From NCBI GenBank assembly GCA_964016885.1, contig OZ024740.1, forward strand, positions 224,626,001 to 224,690,000: 64,000 bases of DNA, written 5' to 3'. The notes beneath the pieces were generated by a model. It worked only from the letters and a program-made list of their open reading frames with translations, had not been told where the DNA came from and searched no databases. Shown here one piece after another: positions 1-13,119 of the stretch (its first letter is position 1; every line of letters begins with the position of its first letter). This DNA comes from Eledone cirrhosa (Eukaryota). A program made the translations under genes and the position numbers.

Positions 1-58
1 TAGCTACCACATCAAGACGTAAAATATCCGCGTATAGTTCGTACTATCCGTTAGGGTA

Positions 59-1500
59 TTATGTGGGGTTATAATACAGGAAAGTTTTGTACAATTTATG
101 TTTACAAGCCGAAATTGCCTCAGATTTTTTGTTTAAGATGTCGTCTTTGGCGCAGAGTCTTTCCAAGGCCTCAGCGGCGCAGAGGTCACATGGTCTTTTA
201 TTTCCGTTATACGATCTATCCCTAGCTAGCATCTCCCAGTGTAACTTATATTGGGTGTGGTTGTCTTTTAGACTCCAGATATAAGCTGAAAGTGACGTCA
301 TATTCCTTCTTAAAGGGTAACGAAAAGAATGGGTATGCATGTAAAGACGCTGCTTAAATCTATTGGTGGTTAACCCTATGTAGGCCCTACGGGACGTGGG
401 TGTTTCAACCTTACATTTGTAAACAATGTTACTAGAGAGGCATTTCCCGGATAGGGGGCAGTCAACCCGATTCCTACGATTACAGTTAGTACTAACTACA
501 GGGTTGCACATGTTCCTACGACTAGCTAGTTTAGCTAAATTTGAAGCTGTGATATTATGTGCAAGGTTGGGAGTCGTAGAGTAAGAAATTAATAGTATTT
601 CTATTAAAAATGTTACTATATTTATGTGTAGGGGGAAAATGCTTCATAATAAGGGAGAGAAAGAAAGATCTTAGCTAATGGTGTGGCAACCTCCATATTA
701 TATGGTGGGTTATACCATATAATGTGTCGGGATCTATTTTTCTAGGTCTATTCTCGTACTCTGTATATGCTACCTTATTGAGAAATATATTCCGAACAAG
801 AGCTTCATTGTAATATGAGGAATGGTCGTTGAAAATATGCTCGTTAGTAGATAGACGGGAAAGCCTCAAAGAAACGTTTCTTACCAGGTTCTTGATTATG
901 CTGGCAGGATGGTTAGAATGCTTATTTATGTAATTAAGCGTATCATTCCGCTTTCTATACGGGTATTGCGAGCTATTCGATAAAGAGAGGGTAACGTCGA
1001 GGTAATTAACGACCGAGAGGTTGGCCTCAACCTGTATGGAGAAGTTGAAACCTTTAAAGAAGGCTGTGAGTTATTTTATGAACCCGTCGCAAACACGTGG
1101 GCCGCACATAGTCATGGTCAAAAGAGCATCATCACGGTACAAACCACCGCCCACTTTGGGGAATTCTTCCTTGATAGAGAAAAGAAGGAAAAGGCCGTTA
1201 AGATCAGTAACATCCGCAGAATCTATGGCGCCCATACTCACGTCGAATGGGGTACTATTAGATTTTTTAATCCAAATAGAGTCGTCGAAATTAATCACCG
1301 ACTTACGGGCATTGAGGATGACATCAACTTCGAAATCCTTAACCACCGTGAGTGTTTTAGCGAAATTGATAACTCTAAGGAGAAGTGGTAAAGTGATGGA
1401 GGAGTAGTAATTATTGATGTCGAATTGGATAAAACGGCAATATTCATTGTTGCATATGCCGTTGAACCAATCAATCACCGCGAAAGAAAGGGGTTCTCCT
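59..1500 (-). mobile_element. Degenerate, 5'-truncated Penelope-like element (RT C-terminal half + GIY-YIG endonuclease), Naiad/Neptune-like
   Basis: Minus-strand translation gives PLE RT motifs FIQFDINNYYSSI, PFDVSMGAIDSADV, GLYRDD, VNYLDVTL, YINKHSNHP and IIWYNPPY, then a GIY-YIG domain (CPLSGKC..NIVY..YIGLT..FKQR..H..SF..LSAYIW..CDLC..ILN..E..CKH). There is a premature TAA at ~1071 and frameshifts at ~520-730. Confidence 0.9.
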
Positions 1501-1547
1501 ACATTGATATAAAGTAGTGGCCGTACTCGAAAACGAGTTGGCATCCA

Positions 1548-1700
1548 CCATATATATATGTATATATATATATTTATATATATATGTATGTATATGTGTG
1601 TATATATGTATATATGTAAATATGTGGGTATAGGTGTGTATGTGTGGATATAGATATGTATGGATATGTGTGTATATGATTATGTGCATATGTGTAATTG
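1548..1700. repeat. (TA)n/(TG)n compound microsatellite
   Basis: Directly visible low-complexity TA/TG repeat. Confidence 0.9.
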
Positions 1701-2909
1701 TGTATTTAGGTTTGCATCTATTTGTGCCTATGTATATTTTTGGTTGGATATCAATATAACTACCTCTCTCTATATATAGTGTGGATCTATGCACTTTTTA
1801 ATCTATCAAATTTATGTGTTTTAACTATGCCAACATGTATTTATCTGAGTTTGATTATTTATGCATAAACATACTTGATAATATTTTAGAGCGTATCATT
1901 TCTGAATTATACTAAGTGCAATTTGCCACACCGTACTATATTGTGTTGGTTAAGTTGTATATTATCACATTACTGTATTTCATTATCTTATTATAATTTT
2001 CATCTTTTAATATACTATCTTTCCTAGCCATAACCTTAATTTATATTCACCTAAAAACTCAATACAACACTAATCACCATTTTTTTTTACATTCTTTTTA
2101 ACGTCACTATACCAGATACATTCAACTATCAGTTTGACAATCCCTTTCCTCCTAATACTACCAATTCTACTTTTAACACCATTCAACCATTCCTTTCAAA
2201 GGGTCATGACCTCAACTAAAGTGTATTACTTTTCATATTAACGCCATATGAAAACAAAATTTGATTCATTAGTTCTTCAACTACCTCTAAATAGGGACAT
2301 GATACTAACATACTACTAATTTTGAATAAAATTATTATTGAATAAAATTATTATTGCTTTTGAAAACAGCTGGTGATATGCGTGTAAGTAAATATTCTCT
2401 TTATCTGATATTTTGTAACTAACCTTATATAGATCAATAACGGAGCATAGCTACAATGTATTATCATCATCTAGAAACGATCTTAAAGCAGTGAAGTATA
2501 TCTCTAATGACTTGATTTTTTATTTCATTGTTTTAACTTATATCATGACTCTGTTTTCCTTTTAATGTTTTATTGTTTTCCGAGATTTATCTTAACATAC
2601 ATCATTTTCAACATATGGATTACATCGAGTTCTTCATGCAGAATAGACCCTACAACTTACTGTGGATACCTCTGTGTATATATATATATGTATGTACATA
2701 TTTGTTTCTATGTATTTGTATATATGTATGCATGTGTTTGTTTATATGTCTTTGAGCATATGTGTATATATGTGTGTATGGATTTACGTATTTGTATGCG
2801 TGTGTTGATTTCTTATTGCGTGCGTGTGTGCGCACGCGTATGTGTACGTATGTACGTGGTTTATGTACCATTGAGATTCATTTCTCTATTTTATTGTAGT
2901 TTCTTTTAG

Positions 2910-3146
2910 TATGTGGATGTATGTGTCTATATATGTATGTGTGTATATATATGTGTGTGTGTGTGTATGTGTGTGTATATGTGTATATATATATGTATAT
3001 GTATGCACATGTATTTTGTATGTGTACGTATATTTATTTTATATATATACATACACATATATACGTGTGTGTGTTTGCATGTGTGTATAGGTATGTATGC
3101 ATGTATATGTGTATATGTGTATGTATGTGTATATATATATATACAC

Positions 3147-3218
<72 letters not shown>
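2910..3218. repeat. (TG)/(TA)/(CA) compound microsatellite
   Basis: Directly visible; explains the spurious YI/CV-rich ORFs in the track. Confidence 0.95.
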
Positions 3219-3220
<2 letters not shown>

Positions 3221-3801
3221 TTATTCATATATTGTGTATTTGTTTATATTTAAGTTGTTTTTATTCATTTTCCCCTCCCCCATACACTCACACCTATCGT
3301 TGTTAACACGTCTCCCTCTTTTTACTTTATTTTGATTTTGTTTTTGATTTTGATTTTTACTTTTTTATTTATATATATATATATATACATATACTTTGGG
3401 GGGATCTTTTGTTCTTATTTATTTATTTAGTTATTCCTGCTTCCTAAACACTGTCGTATTCGTGTGTATATTTTTGAGTGCATATATATCTGTGTATATG
3501 TATGTGTATGAATTTATGTATATATCTGTGTATATGTATGTGTATGTATTTATGTTCCTGTCCGTATTTCTATGATGACGCAAATACGCTTATGTGAGAA
3601 AGTATCCGTCTACGTACTTTTTAGTATATGAGCGTATTTGAGTGTGTATCTTTACATTCTGGACATTTATATTTTTATATATATATATATATATTTTTTT
3701 TTCCCTATTTCCTTTCCGCCCGTTTTATTCAGCCTCTCTTTCATATTTCTTAAATTTTGTTTTCAAATCCATATTTAATAAATACACCATGTTTTTTATT
3801 C

Positions 3802-3856
3802 ATTCTGACGACTGAAGACAGACACAACATCTGTCTTCAAGAAACCACTGGTAAAT
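3802..3856 (+). ncRNA. Minimal type-I hammerhead ribozyme motif
   Basis: att-CTGACGA-c-tgaagacaga(cacaaca)tctgtcttca-a-GAAA-cc(act)gg-TA-aat: intact core, 10-bp stem II, short stems I and III. Confidence 0.75.
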
Positions 3857-3930
3857 TAAACAATTATCTTATGTTGTTTATTACATAACTAACAAGCTCT
3901 GTAGCTTTCTGACGGAAATACTTGATTTAC

Positions 3931-3938
3931 ACATATAC

Positions 3939-4024
<86 letters not shown>
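3931..4024. repeat. (TA)n microsatellite
   Basis: Long pure TA run preceded by (CATA)n. Confidence 0.95.
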
Positions 4025-4031
<7 letters not shown>

Positions 4032-4062
4032 AAGAATCAAAGAACTGTTCAAAACATTTTTG

Positions 4063-4109
4063 TGCTTACAGCTGTTTCCTCCAAACCGAGGTTTGGATTC
4101 TTCGGAGCA
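4063..4109 (-). ncRNA. Hammerhead ribozyme motif (U4C variant), left inverted copy
   Basis: Reverse complement of 5956-6002. Confidence 0.6.
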
Positions 4110-4504
4110 ATTTATTAATGAATGGACAGTTATATGACCTCCTTTTCACCCAAGAGACATACAGATACATATGCAAATATTGTGGGTCAACATTCATTAC
4201 AGCATTTAGAGTGGCAGCACACACTTCGAGATTACATTCATATTAAAAGGTACAATCAAGAATCAAAAATACAGGTTAAAATACAACATGAAAATAAGCG
4301 GTTATATAGTGCAAATGTTATATGTGTGGCAAGCACGTGCGTCTTGTTTATATAGTGTGGCAGAGAGTTACGTGTAGTAGAAGCACTTAGGTAGGTAAAC
4401 AAGAGTGTTAGGTTGGTTGATCTGGTGGCAAATTCTTTATATGATTGTTATAGTCTGTGTGTGGAGAAATGATATAAGCATTAAAAATAGTGCAAGCATT
4501 AAAA

Positions 4505-4595
4505 ATATTAGATCAGTTAGTGTTGGGTCTGTGGTATAAGGTGTGCCCCAGGGGCACACCTTATACCACAGACCCAACACTAACTGATCTAATAT
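4505..4595. repeat. Perfect 45-bp-arm palindrome with 1-nt spacer
   Basis: atattagatcagttagtgttgggtctgtggtataaggtgtgcccc-a-ggggcacaccttataccacagacccaacactaactgatctaatat. Confidence 0.95.
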
Positions 4596-5955
4596 AACAC
4601 AAACAACGACATCCCTCTGGAACCCTTCGCAGGGAGAATACCCATTTATACCTCTACGTTAGGTGTGACAACATCCACCCACTTGAACTGCACTACACCG
4701 CTCCATAGGTAATTTAAGCATGAATTGATTGGCTTGGTAGTGTTGTGCGGAGGAAGTGCCTTCCTTGGACGGATGAAAAACGATTTAATCTAGTAACACT
4801 GTTGAGCAGTTGGACCAGGACGCTGAGTGCAGAGAACGAATGTATTGCAACTGGCGTGCGGGTTGTACATATATGGATAATTTGATGGTCAGAGTGGGGT
4901 CATGAGGACTGTGGTTTGACCTCTGGCCGGCCCTGGTGATGATTATCTTTCGACATCCAATGTAGCAAGCGATGACCCAGAACTTACCAGAGATCATTGT
5001 GTGTTGAAGTGATTCTGCAATCACCGTGCCTGGTCCTATGAGTAGACTAAAACCACAGAGATCATTAATTTAGAATCCTCGCTCATCGTCTATAATATTC
5101 ATTTGTGGCACCCTACGATGGGGGTTAATTCACCATAATAATACGAACACCTTCAGCACAACTTAATAAACTACTCTATAGTTAAAACACTTTATGCTTT
5201 AGAAATTTTTTGGAAGTTGTGCATAACCATAGAAATTAGGGTCTATATTGAGACACATTTCAATAGCTAGGAATAGAAACCTCGGAGTTACCTCCCCTCA
5301 TGCATTAACTCCCCTTAGCCACACACACACTTCCGGGTAGTATTCAATGTCGATTCTCGAAACGTAACAGCCTCCTATATTGAACTAAAGAACATCAGAC
5401 TACGATTCTCTAACTGGATTGTCAAACGCTCAATATCGAATTGTCGTGGATTATGTGAGGGGCATATAATCTGAAAAATACACTCCCCTGACCATGAAAA
5501 TGTCGAAGTACATGAAATCCATATCATCCCTTCGCTGTGCATTTCCAATACTTTTAATATTTTTAATGCTTGCACTATTTTTAATGCTTATGTCATTTCT
5601 CCACACACAGACTATAACAATCATATAAAGAATTTGCCACCAGATCAACCAACCTAACACTCTTGTTTACCTACCTAAGTGCTTCTACTACACGTAACTC
5701 TCTGCCACACTATATAAACAAGACGCACGTGCTTGCCACACATATAACATTTGCACTATATAACCGCTTATTTTCATGTTGTATTTTAACCTGTATTTTT
5801 GATTCTTGATTGTACCTTTTAATATGAATGTAATCTCGAAATGTGTACTGCCACTCTAAATGCTGTAATGAATGTTGACCCACAATATTTGCATATGTAT
5901 CTGTATGTCTCTTGGGTGAAAAGGAGGTCATATAACTGTCCATTCATTAATAAAT

Positions 5956-6002
5956 TGCTCCGAAGAATCCAAACCTCGGTTTGGAGGAAACAGCTGTAAG
6001 CA
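5956..6002 (+). ncRNA. Minimal type-I hammerhead ribozyme motif (CCGAAGA core variant)
   Basis: tgct-CCGAAGA-a-tccaaacc(tc)ggtttgga-g-GAAA-c(agct)g-TA-agca; palindromic stem/loop III typical of dimer-active minimal HHRs. Confidence 0.65.
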
Positions 6003-6207
6003 CAAAAATGTTTTGAACAGTTCTTTGATTCTTATATTTCATATAACTGCTCTGTAAATCATCTGATGTTTTTACATTGAGCTACTTAACTTACTGGTAA
6101 TAAGGTAGTAATATATTACTGCCTACCACTATTTAGGGGTTGTATAAAAAAATACATATAACTGCAAAAAGTTTTTGTATTTACATAACCATAAATAGTA
6201 TAATTAA

Positions 6208-6267
<60 letters not shown>

Positions 6268-6374
6268 GTTTGTATATGTATAATAAAGCCAAAACAATGC
6301 AGGTATGGACATAGAATAAAGAATGCAAATGCAAAAGATATTGTTGACAAATATATATATATATATATATATAT

Positions 6375-7066
6375 AAACGGAAAAAATGAAACGATATCTC
6401 ATTTCCCACTCTTAGTACAGCTGTTACTTAAATATAAGTATGTACACGTACATGCATATATGTATACAGACGTTCAGTAGTATGTATATATATATACATA
6501 CATGCACACATATATTTATGTACGTATGGATTCACCGAACATGTATTATAATGGTTGGTGTGTTTGTAAACAAACATCCCGTATTAAGCCGTAGTGTCTA
6601 GCAACCACCGTTGTTCGTTTGTTCAACACTGACAAGGGAACGCTGTACTAGTTTCAAGCTTGTTAGCTATCGTCAGCAACGTATACCTTCCTGCCAGATT
6701 GTTGAACGTATATACTTACCTTATGCATATTAACGGCTGAGTAGCCAAATTTGCATATCGAGTGGGTCAATCGGCCGGGTGCACCGAAAACGATAAACGG
6801 AAAAATGAAACGATATCTCATTTCCCACTCTTAGTACGGCTGTTACTTAAATATAATTATGTACACTTACATACGTATATGTATACAGACGTACAGTAGT
6901 ATGTATATATATATACATACATGCACACATATATATATGTACGTATGGATTCACCGAACATGTATTATAATGGTCGGTGTGTTTGTAAACAAACATCCCG
7001 TATTAAGACGTAGTGTCTAGCAACCACCGTTGCTCGTTTGTTCAACACTGACAAAGAAACGCTGTA

Positions 7067-7069
<3 letters not shown>
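6375..7069 (-). repeat. Partial tandem repeat (~419-nt unit, ~1.65 copies) containing a hammerhead; pLTR/retrozyme-like
   Basis: 6375-6650 recurs at ~6795-7069; flanked by (TA)n on both sides. Confidence 0.85.
6641..6681 (-). ncRNA. Minimal type-I hammerhead ribozyme
   Basis: Minus strand: cgttg-CTGACGA-t-agct(aaca)agct-t-GAAA-ctag-TA-cagcg; complete core, 5-bp stem I, palindromic stem III. Confidence 0.85.
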
Positions 7070-7115
<46 letters not shown>

Positions 7116-7891
7116 TAAAATAACAGATTAAAGTTTAAGCAAAGAATCGCTGCTTTCACCCTTAACGGGATCTTCTGAAACTAACAAAGTCAAGCTGTAA
7201 ACGCAGAACTGGATATTTCAAAAAACATTGCAACCGGAGGAAGACAGGAAGACGATACTTTGGTTCGTGGTAACGTTCGCTGGCAAAGAACGGGAAAAAA
7301 CGAATAATACGTCATTAATAGTCTTCAATTTTATTATTATTACTATATATATATATATATTATTATTACTATATATATATATATATATAGATAGATAGAT
7401 ATATAGATATATTATTTAGCCTGATAGTGGGGTTAAGAACCCTCGGAGAAATGGAAAAAGATGAGTATTGACGTACATATATACCGTTATGTGAGATGCT
7501 GCATGCATTCACTGATGTAATCCCCATATGTTCTTTTTTTTTTTGTACTTTTCACGTATTTCCCCACCTAATATTTCGTTGTGCACTAAATCATGTACAG
7601 TATCATGTGCATGCTTGTATGCACTTTCCAAATAATTTTATACAGTTTTCATATATGTGCGTACGGGTATGTGTGTATGTCTGTCTGAGTGTGAGTGCAT
7701 ATATGGGTGTGTGTCTGTATATATATATATGTATATGTGTGTGTGTTTACATATAAGTACACACATGTATATGTGTGCGCGCGTGTGTGTGTGTATGAGT
7801 AGGCTTGAATGAATGCATATGTAAGCGCATGTGTGTATGTATGGGTGAGCATAAACGTGTGTGTATGTATGTACACATGTGTATATAAATA

Positions 7892-7941
<50 letters not shown>

Positions 7942-8009
7942 CGACTGTATGAATAGGTATGTGTATATACGTGGGTCCCTTATGGGTACGTATGGGAATG
8001 TGTATGCGT

Positions 8010-8372
8010 ATCATCATCATCATCATCATCATCATTTTACGTCCAATTTTCTCTGCTTCCAAGGGTGGGACGGGAACTGATTCTGGCTTGATTTCTACAG
8101 CTGGATGCCCTTCCTATCACCAACCTCATCTACAGTGAGTGCTGGGTGCTTTTTTCCGTGGCGCCTACACGTCCAATTTACAGTGTTGAGTCGGGGCTTT
8201 TTTGATGTGACACCTCCACGGCCACTTTGCAGTGGAATGATAGGGACTCCATTCCTATCATCTCATCTCTACAGCTGAGTAAACTGGAGCAATGGGAAAT
8301 AAAGTGTCTTGCTCAAGGAAACAACACATCACCCGGTCTGAGAATTGAACTCACAACCAGCCATATGCCTCC
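8010..8372 (-). mobile_element. Composite SINE: tRNA-derived head + CORE-like centre + RTE LINE 3' tail ending in (GAT)n
   Basis: B-box-like GAGTTCAATTC, centre ccttgagcaagacactttatttc, tail matching the RTE 3'UTR at ~49830-49985; second copy at 45368-45741. Confidence 0.75.
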
Positions 8373-8435
8373 ATATGAATGTACCTATATATGAGAGGTG
8401 AATACATATATGTATGTACATGTGTGAACGCAAGC

Positions 8436-8489
<54 letters not shown>

Positions 8490-8811
8490 GAATATAAAAG
8501 AGAGATAAACACAGATAAGTGTACGATTAATGGTGTGAGCACATGTCCGTGTGGGTGTATATGTATCGGGAGGCAGGCAAGCAAGGGATTGGCATGGAAA
8601 TTCATAAAAACTCTCCTACACACGGCAGTAATTTTTGGCGAAGGAATTGGGGTGAGTGACAGCTCACGCCTGAATGGAGATGGCCAGTGGGCAGATTTCA
8701 ATGGTCAAGCAATCAACCAATCTACGTGCTGCGCAAACAAGATGATGGCAGATGATAAAGATTCAAAGGGTCGGAGTCCAGTAGAAAGAGAATTTGCTTC
8801 GAAATCGTTAG

Positions 8812-8907
8812 ACATATCTGAGGATCTTGCGAATCCAGAGTCAGCAGGTTCGATCCACAAACAGATCGCACCTCGAGCTTTCCGCCGGAGAAACAATTGT
8901 AATACGT
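8812..8907 (+). ncRNA. Type-I hammerhead ribozyme motif with long stem-loop II insertion
   Basis: acatat-CTGAGGA-[tcttgcg...cgccgga, ~65 nt]-GAAA-c(aatt)g-TA-atacgt; stem I pairs at 5/6 positions; palindromic loop III. Confidence 0.65.
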
Positions 8908-9039
8908 AATAAATTGTGTTCCGATGCATCACTGATTCTTCGTTTTCTATATTATCATACTCATAGAGTGCGCAACCGGCATATCGACTATGGACGCATC
9001 CTAGCAACCATACAGCATATATATATATATATATATATT

Positions 9040-9077
<38 letters not shown>

Positions 9078-9078
9078 T

Positions 9079-9151
<73 letters not shown>

Positions 9152-9350
9152 TATCAAAGGTATATATTGAGTTAGAGGATTTTCTGAGATGTGTAATATA
9201 ATTGAATATAAAAGAGAGATAAACACAGATATAAACATTTATGTGTTTACCCTAACGTATCTGGTCCATTACGATTTGAACACATATATATATATTTATA
9301 TATATATGCACTCATACATATGTCTATATATATTTATATATATACGATAA

Positions 9351-9656
9351 AGGGTAAAGACCCCTTTCAGTCACAAATGACCATCATATTTGAACATGGA
9401 ATGTTCTCCTCAGAGCCATATATCTGGGCAAAGTTGAAAGACCAGCAGTTGCTTATGATATTGTCCAAGGCAAAGGCAATGCTCAATACAGCTTGACACT
9501 AGTGACATCACAATTCATTTTTACAACCGAGTAAACTGGAGCAATGTGAAATAAAGTGTCTTGCTCATGGTGACAATGCATCAACCGGTCTAGGAATCAA
9601 ACTCACAACCTCATGATTGCAAGCATAATTCTCTAATCACTAATCCATGCCCCTTC
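9351..9656 (-). mobile_element. tRNA-derived CORE-like SINE (different 3' tail)
   Basis: Head/centre similar to 44548-44665 (gaaataaagtgtcttgctca..ggaatcaaactcacaacc). Confidence 0.65.
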
Positions 9657-11039
9657 ACATACACATATGTATATATATATCATTATCATCCTGTTTTTAC
9701 ATCAGTTTTCCATAGTGGAATGGGTTATATGGGTTTTTATGAAAAAAGATTGGATGTGTTAGGAAACTTTATCATGTTTATACATTACATTTTTGGCATT
9801 GTTTATAAAGCAAGATAGTCATTCCCAATGCCACATGTACATATTTATTGTGATACCAGCACCAGAGAGATTGTTATATCCTCAACGGGTTTATATACAT
9901 GTTGACCTGGAAAAGGTGAATGTAAAAATGATGATATATAAATATGTATACATATATATATATATATCCTATTCATCGTTGTTGTTTTAACGTCTGCTTT
10001 CACTGATATGGGTCCGTACATACAGTCAGTGCTAAAGCAGAGCCACTAATCTCCCAAGCAGGCCTGGGACCTGTGTACTTATGTACGGCCTCACATTCCA
10101 TCGAGTGGTTAGAAGAAGCTGTCATCACTTTATAAAACTGGTGCCGTTATGAAGGGTTTGGCTTCTAGTCATAGAAAGTATGTGATACATGTTAAAAGAA
10201 TCCTTTAGTCATGTCACAACATCATCTCTAGTGTGTATTACATGATAAAACATGCCTAGTGCACTCTGTAAATTGGTTGGTGATAGGAAGCATATGCAGT
10301 CATAGAAAATGGGCCGAGCAGTGGAGCAAGATGAATTTCCATTTGTGTCAAAGATAATACAACCTTCTTTATTCTTGGTGACATGATATAATACACAGTA
10401 CAATCTGTAGGATGCAGAAATGTATGTAAGGAAGATATAGCCCAAAGACTATCTCAGAGGTTAGTGTCTCTTTTTATCACTTGATTTTATCTGCAACAAT
10501 GTATCCACAAAATGGACTTTGATTATTATATATACATGTGCTTGCATGTGTATGTGTATGCCTGTATATGAGTATATATTAATTATTATATATATATATG
10601 TGCATGCATGTGTGTGTTTGAGTATATACATATATATATATATTATTTTCTTTTCGTATTTGTGTATCTGTATATCTGAACTTTTTTGATTTAATGAAAA
10701 CATGCTGAGAATTAAGTTGTAATACATCATTCATCTCCAGCAATAGAGAAGCTAGGTAGATAAAATGTTCACAGATATTAACACATGATGTGTGTGGAAT
10801 GAGAGATAAGTAAAAAAAAATATGTAAGAGGAAAAATATTGATCTTGAACAAGGTTAACGTAAACTAATCCGACAAAATGTGAATGTGTAGCATTGAGAA
10901 TCTCTAGTTTTTAAATTCATGGCAAAATATTTCCATCAAAGAGATATATGTATATCCGAGAGAGTTCAAATTAAATGAGAGTTATGATTTTTTAAATTTT
11001 TAGCTTTTTTTTAGCTTAACATTCTGCAGCTTTCTTGCA

Positions 11040-11500
11040 AAGAAGACCCGGTTGCTGGTACCAAATCCTGGCATGAAGCCAAACTGCATTTCATCAGCTA
11101 CTTTCATAATTTCATTCTACAATTTGATGCTTATGCAGTTGTTTATTTCTGGAGCATCTCTTTTGTTCTTGTAGCAGCTGTTGATACTGCTCTGAAAGTA
11201 ATTGGCAATTACACCTCAGTATATTACTACCTAATTCACTAATGCATGTCATGTTTCTTTGCATATATTCAGAATCTTGGCAACAATCTCTCATGGTACT
11301 GTTGAATTCTCTGCCCTCATCATATTTTGACTAAGTGGCTGTCAACTTTAATCGCTGGTCCCTCGTTTTTATCTATTTAAAGTTGTGTGTTCCCTTTCTA
11401 CACATCCTTCTCAAATTCCTGTTGTAGCATTTCCATTCTTCCTTCTTTTTAGCATCAGCAAGTCGAAGTACACTATTCTCATTCATTACACAATTTTCAC
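11040..11500 (-). pseudogene. Highly degraded RTE-type LINE RT remnant
   Basis: Minus-strand DEMQFGFMPGFGT motif at ~11055-11095; the extent is uncertain. Confidence 0.45.
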
Positions 11501-12477
11501 CAATAACTTCCTGTGATATTGAATGCATGTTACAGTGTGTTTCCCTTACCATCCTTCAGAGCAATGCCTTCTCTATCCAGTCTGGCGTGACCACGAAGCA
11601 GACTGACACTGAAGTTTCATCTAGAATTATTAAGCTGGCATTTGGAGCATAGCTTAAAAGCAGTTCTTGTGCAGAGTTGTGATGGAAGGATTTTAGATAT
11701 ATATAAACATGATATGTTATACCCTACCACACATGTCAAGGTAAAGAAGAGGTCAAATAATCATGACCTTAGGTTATAATTCTAATTCATATTGACTTAG
11801 TGAACTGCTTGTTGCAGAACATGGACACATTTCTTACTTTCTGATTGTCTCCTTGCAAATTATAACTGTCATCTAGTTTTTCTATTAATATTGTTCCTTG
11901 CCACCACTCCTTTCACCCTTTCCAGGCCCATCGCAGGATGTTTATGGCTCAATCTGGTGCACTATCTCAAAACTTCAATACCTTCTGTCTGGATGGAATT
12001 TTACTCTATCTAAAAATCTTGTTTTTGGTACACTGCTGTTTTTCTTGTAGAAACTCCCAGTTGTCCTCTATGTTATTATCTTCTTTTCCTTCTTTTTCTC
12101 ATCATAGATATTTTCTAGTATTTCGTTGAACATGCATACCCCAGAGATCCTGTAGCTACTATAACTTATTTCTCCAATTGTATCTGCATCTGTCTAGCTC
12201 TTACACTGATGTCAGTAATCATTAGTCTATGTTGAATGACATAATCTTCTCAAAGGAAAGTTTTAATATTCACAACCATCTGAGAGTCCCATATCATGCT
12301 GAGTACAAAGTCGATTTAGCTTTGCATTTTCCCGTTTTGTAGTGTATAACATAACTGGCATGTGCCCCAAAGTTAGTGTTGCAAACGAGTAGGTCATTTG
12401 TATCTCTTTCCAAAATATCTTTAGTTTTCATATATATTGAATGTTGCAAAATTTTCATTAATATCATCATTAGAAAT

Positions 12478-12650
12478 AAATGTTTCTACTTTTGACACAA
12501 GACCAGCAATTATTCCAGTGTATTACTGGTACTTTATTTTATCGACCCCGTAAGAAGGAAAGTCAAATTTAACCTCGAAGAGATTTGAACTCAGACCATA
12601 AAGGGCCGTAATTTTTGCTGCAAAGCATGGCATCCGACCCTGCTAATCCA
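12478..12650 (-). mobile_element. tRNA-derived Nin-domain SINE (family A)
   Basis: Reverse complement of 13120-13308. Confidence 0.75.
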
Positions 12651-13119
12651 GTCTGTAAGAGGACCTCAAAGAAACAGTCCTTTTGTTCATCTCTCAGTCA
12701 TTATTGTGGTGTAGAAATAACTGTTGCTATTTTGTTGCCTATGACTAGTCATAGGCAACACAATTTCATGTTGTAAAAGTAATTCTTATAGATTCAAATA
12801 AATAACTGTGTATTTTTACATCATTCTCATTCTCATCCTCATATTCACTGCCATCACCATTCTCATTTATAACCATCATCATCATCAATTTCTAACATCT
12901 GTTTTCCATGACTACATAAGGGGTCTAGACTTGTTATGTAACTACGTCTTGATTGTACACGTTGTTTTAGGTTTGGTTTCTATGACTGAATGCCTTTCCT
13001 AATGCCAGCCTGTTTATAACATGTACTAGGAGCATTTTATCATGAGTCCAGCATTACCAACCACTTTACAGTGTTGAGTGGGTACATGAAACTAAAACTT
13101 AGAATGTAACATTATTTCA

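Larger units (their letters stand above)
4021..6044. mobile_element. Element with ~490-bp near-identical inverted repeats (4021-4510 / 5555-6044), each carrying a hammerhead motif; probable inverted Penelope-type pLTRs
   Basis: The arms are reverse complements with about 3 mismatches seen by eye; the same 77-aa ORF is called on both strands (4122-4355 + and 5710-5943 -). Confidence 0.75.

Noticed and set aside
59-1500. Possible selenocysteine-encoding Naiad-type PLE
   Set aside because: No in-frame TGA at Cys positions was seen; the premature stop is TAA
2355-2490. Degenerate hammerhead-like arrangement tgctt-TTGAAAA...GAAA-cgatct-TA-aagca
   Set aside because: Two core mismatches, a broken stem III and a >100-nt insert; possibly a fossil but not supportable
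1471-3335. Many ORFs rich in YI/CV/HT (also near 7500-8100, 16700, 18050, 26000, 44300, 50050)
   Set aside because: They are translations of dinucleotide microsatellites, not genes
7140-7180. Minus-strand CAGAAGA-tccc(gttaa)gggt-GAAA
   Set aside because: Core mismatch, no UH cleavage triplet and no stem I
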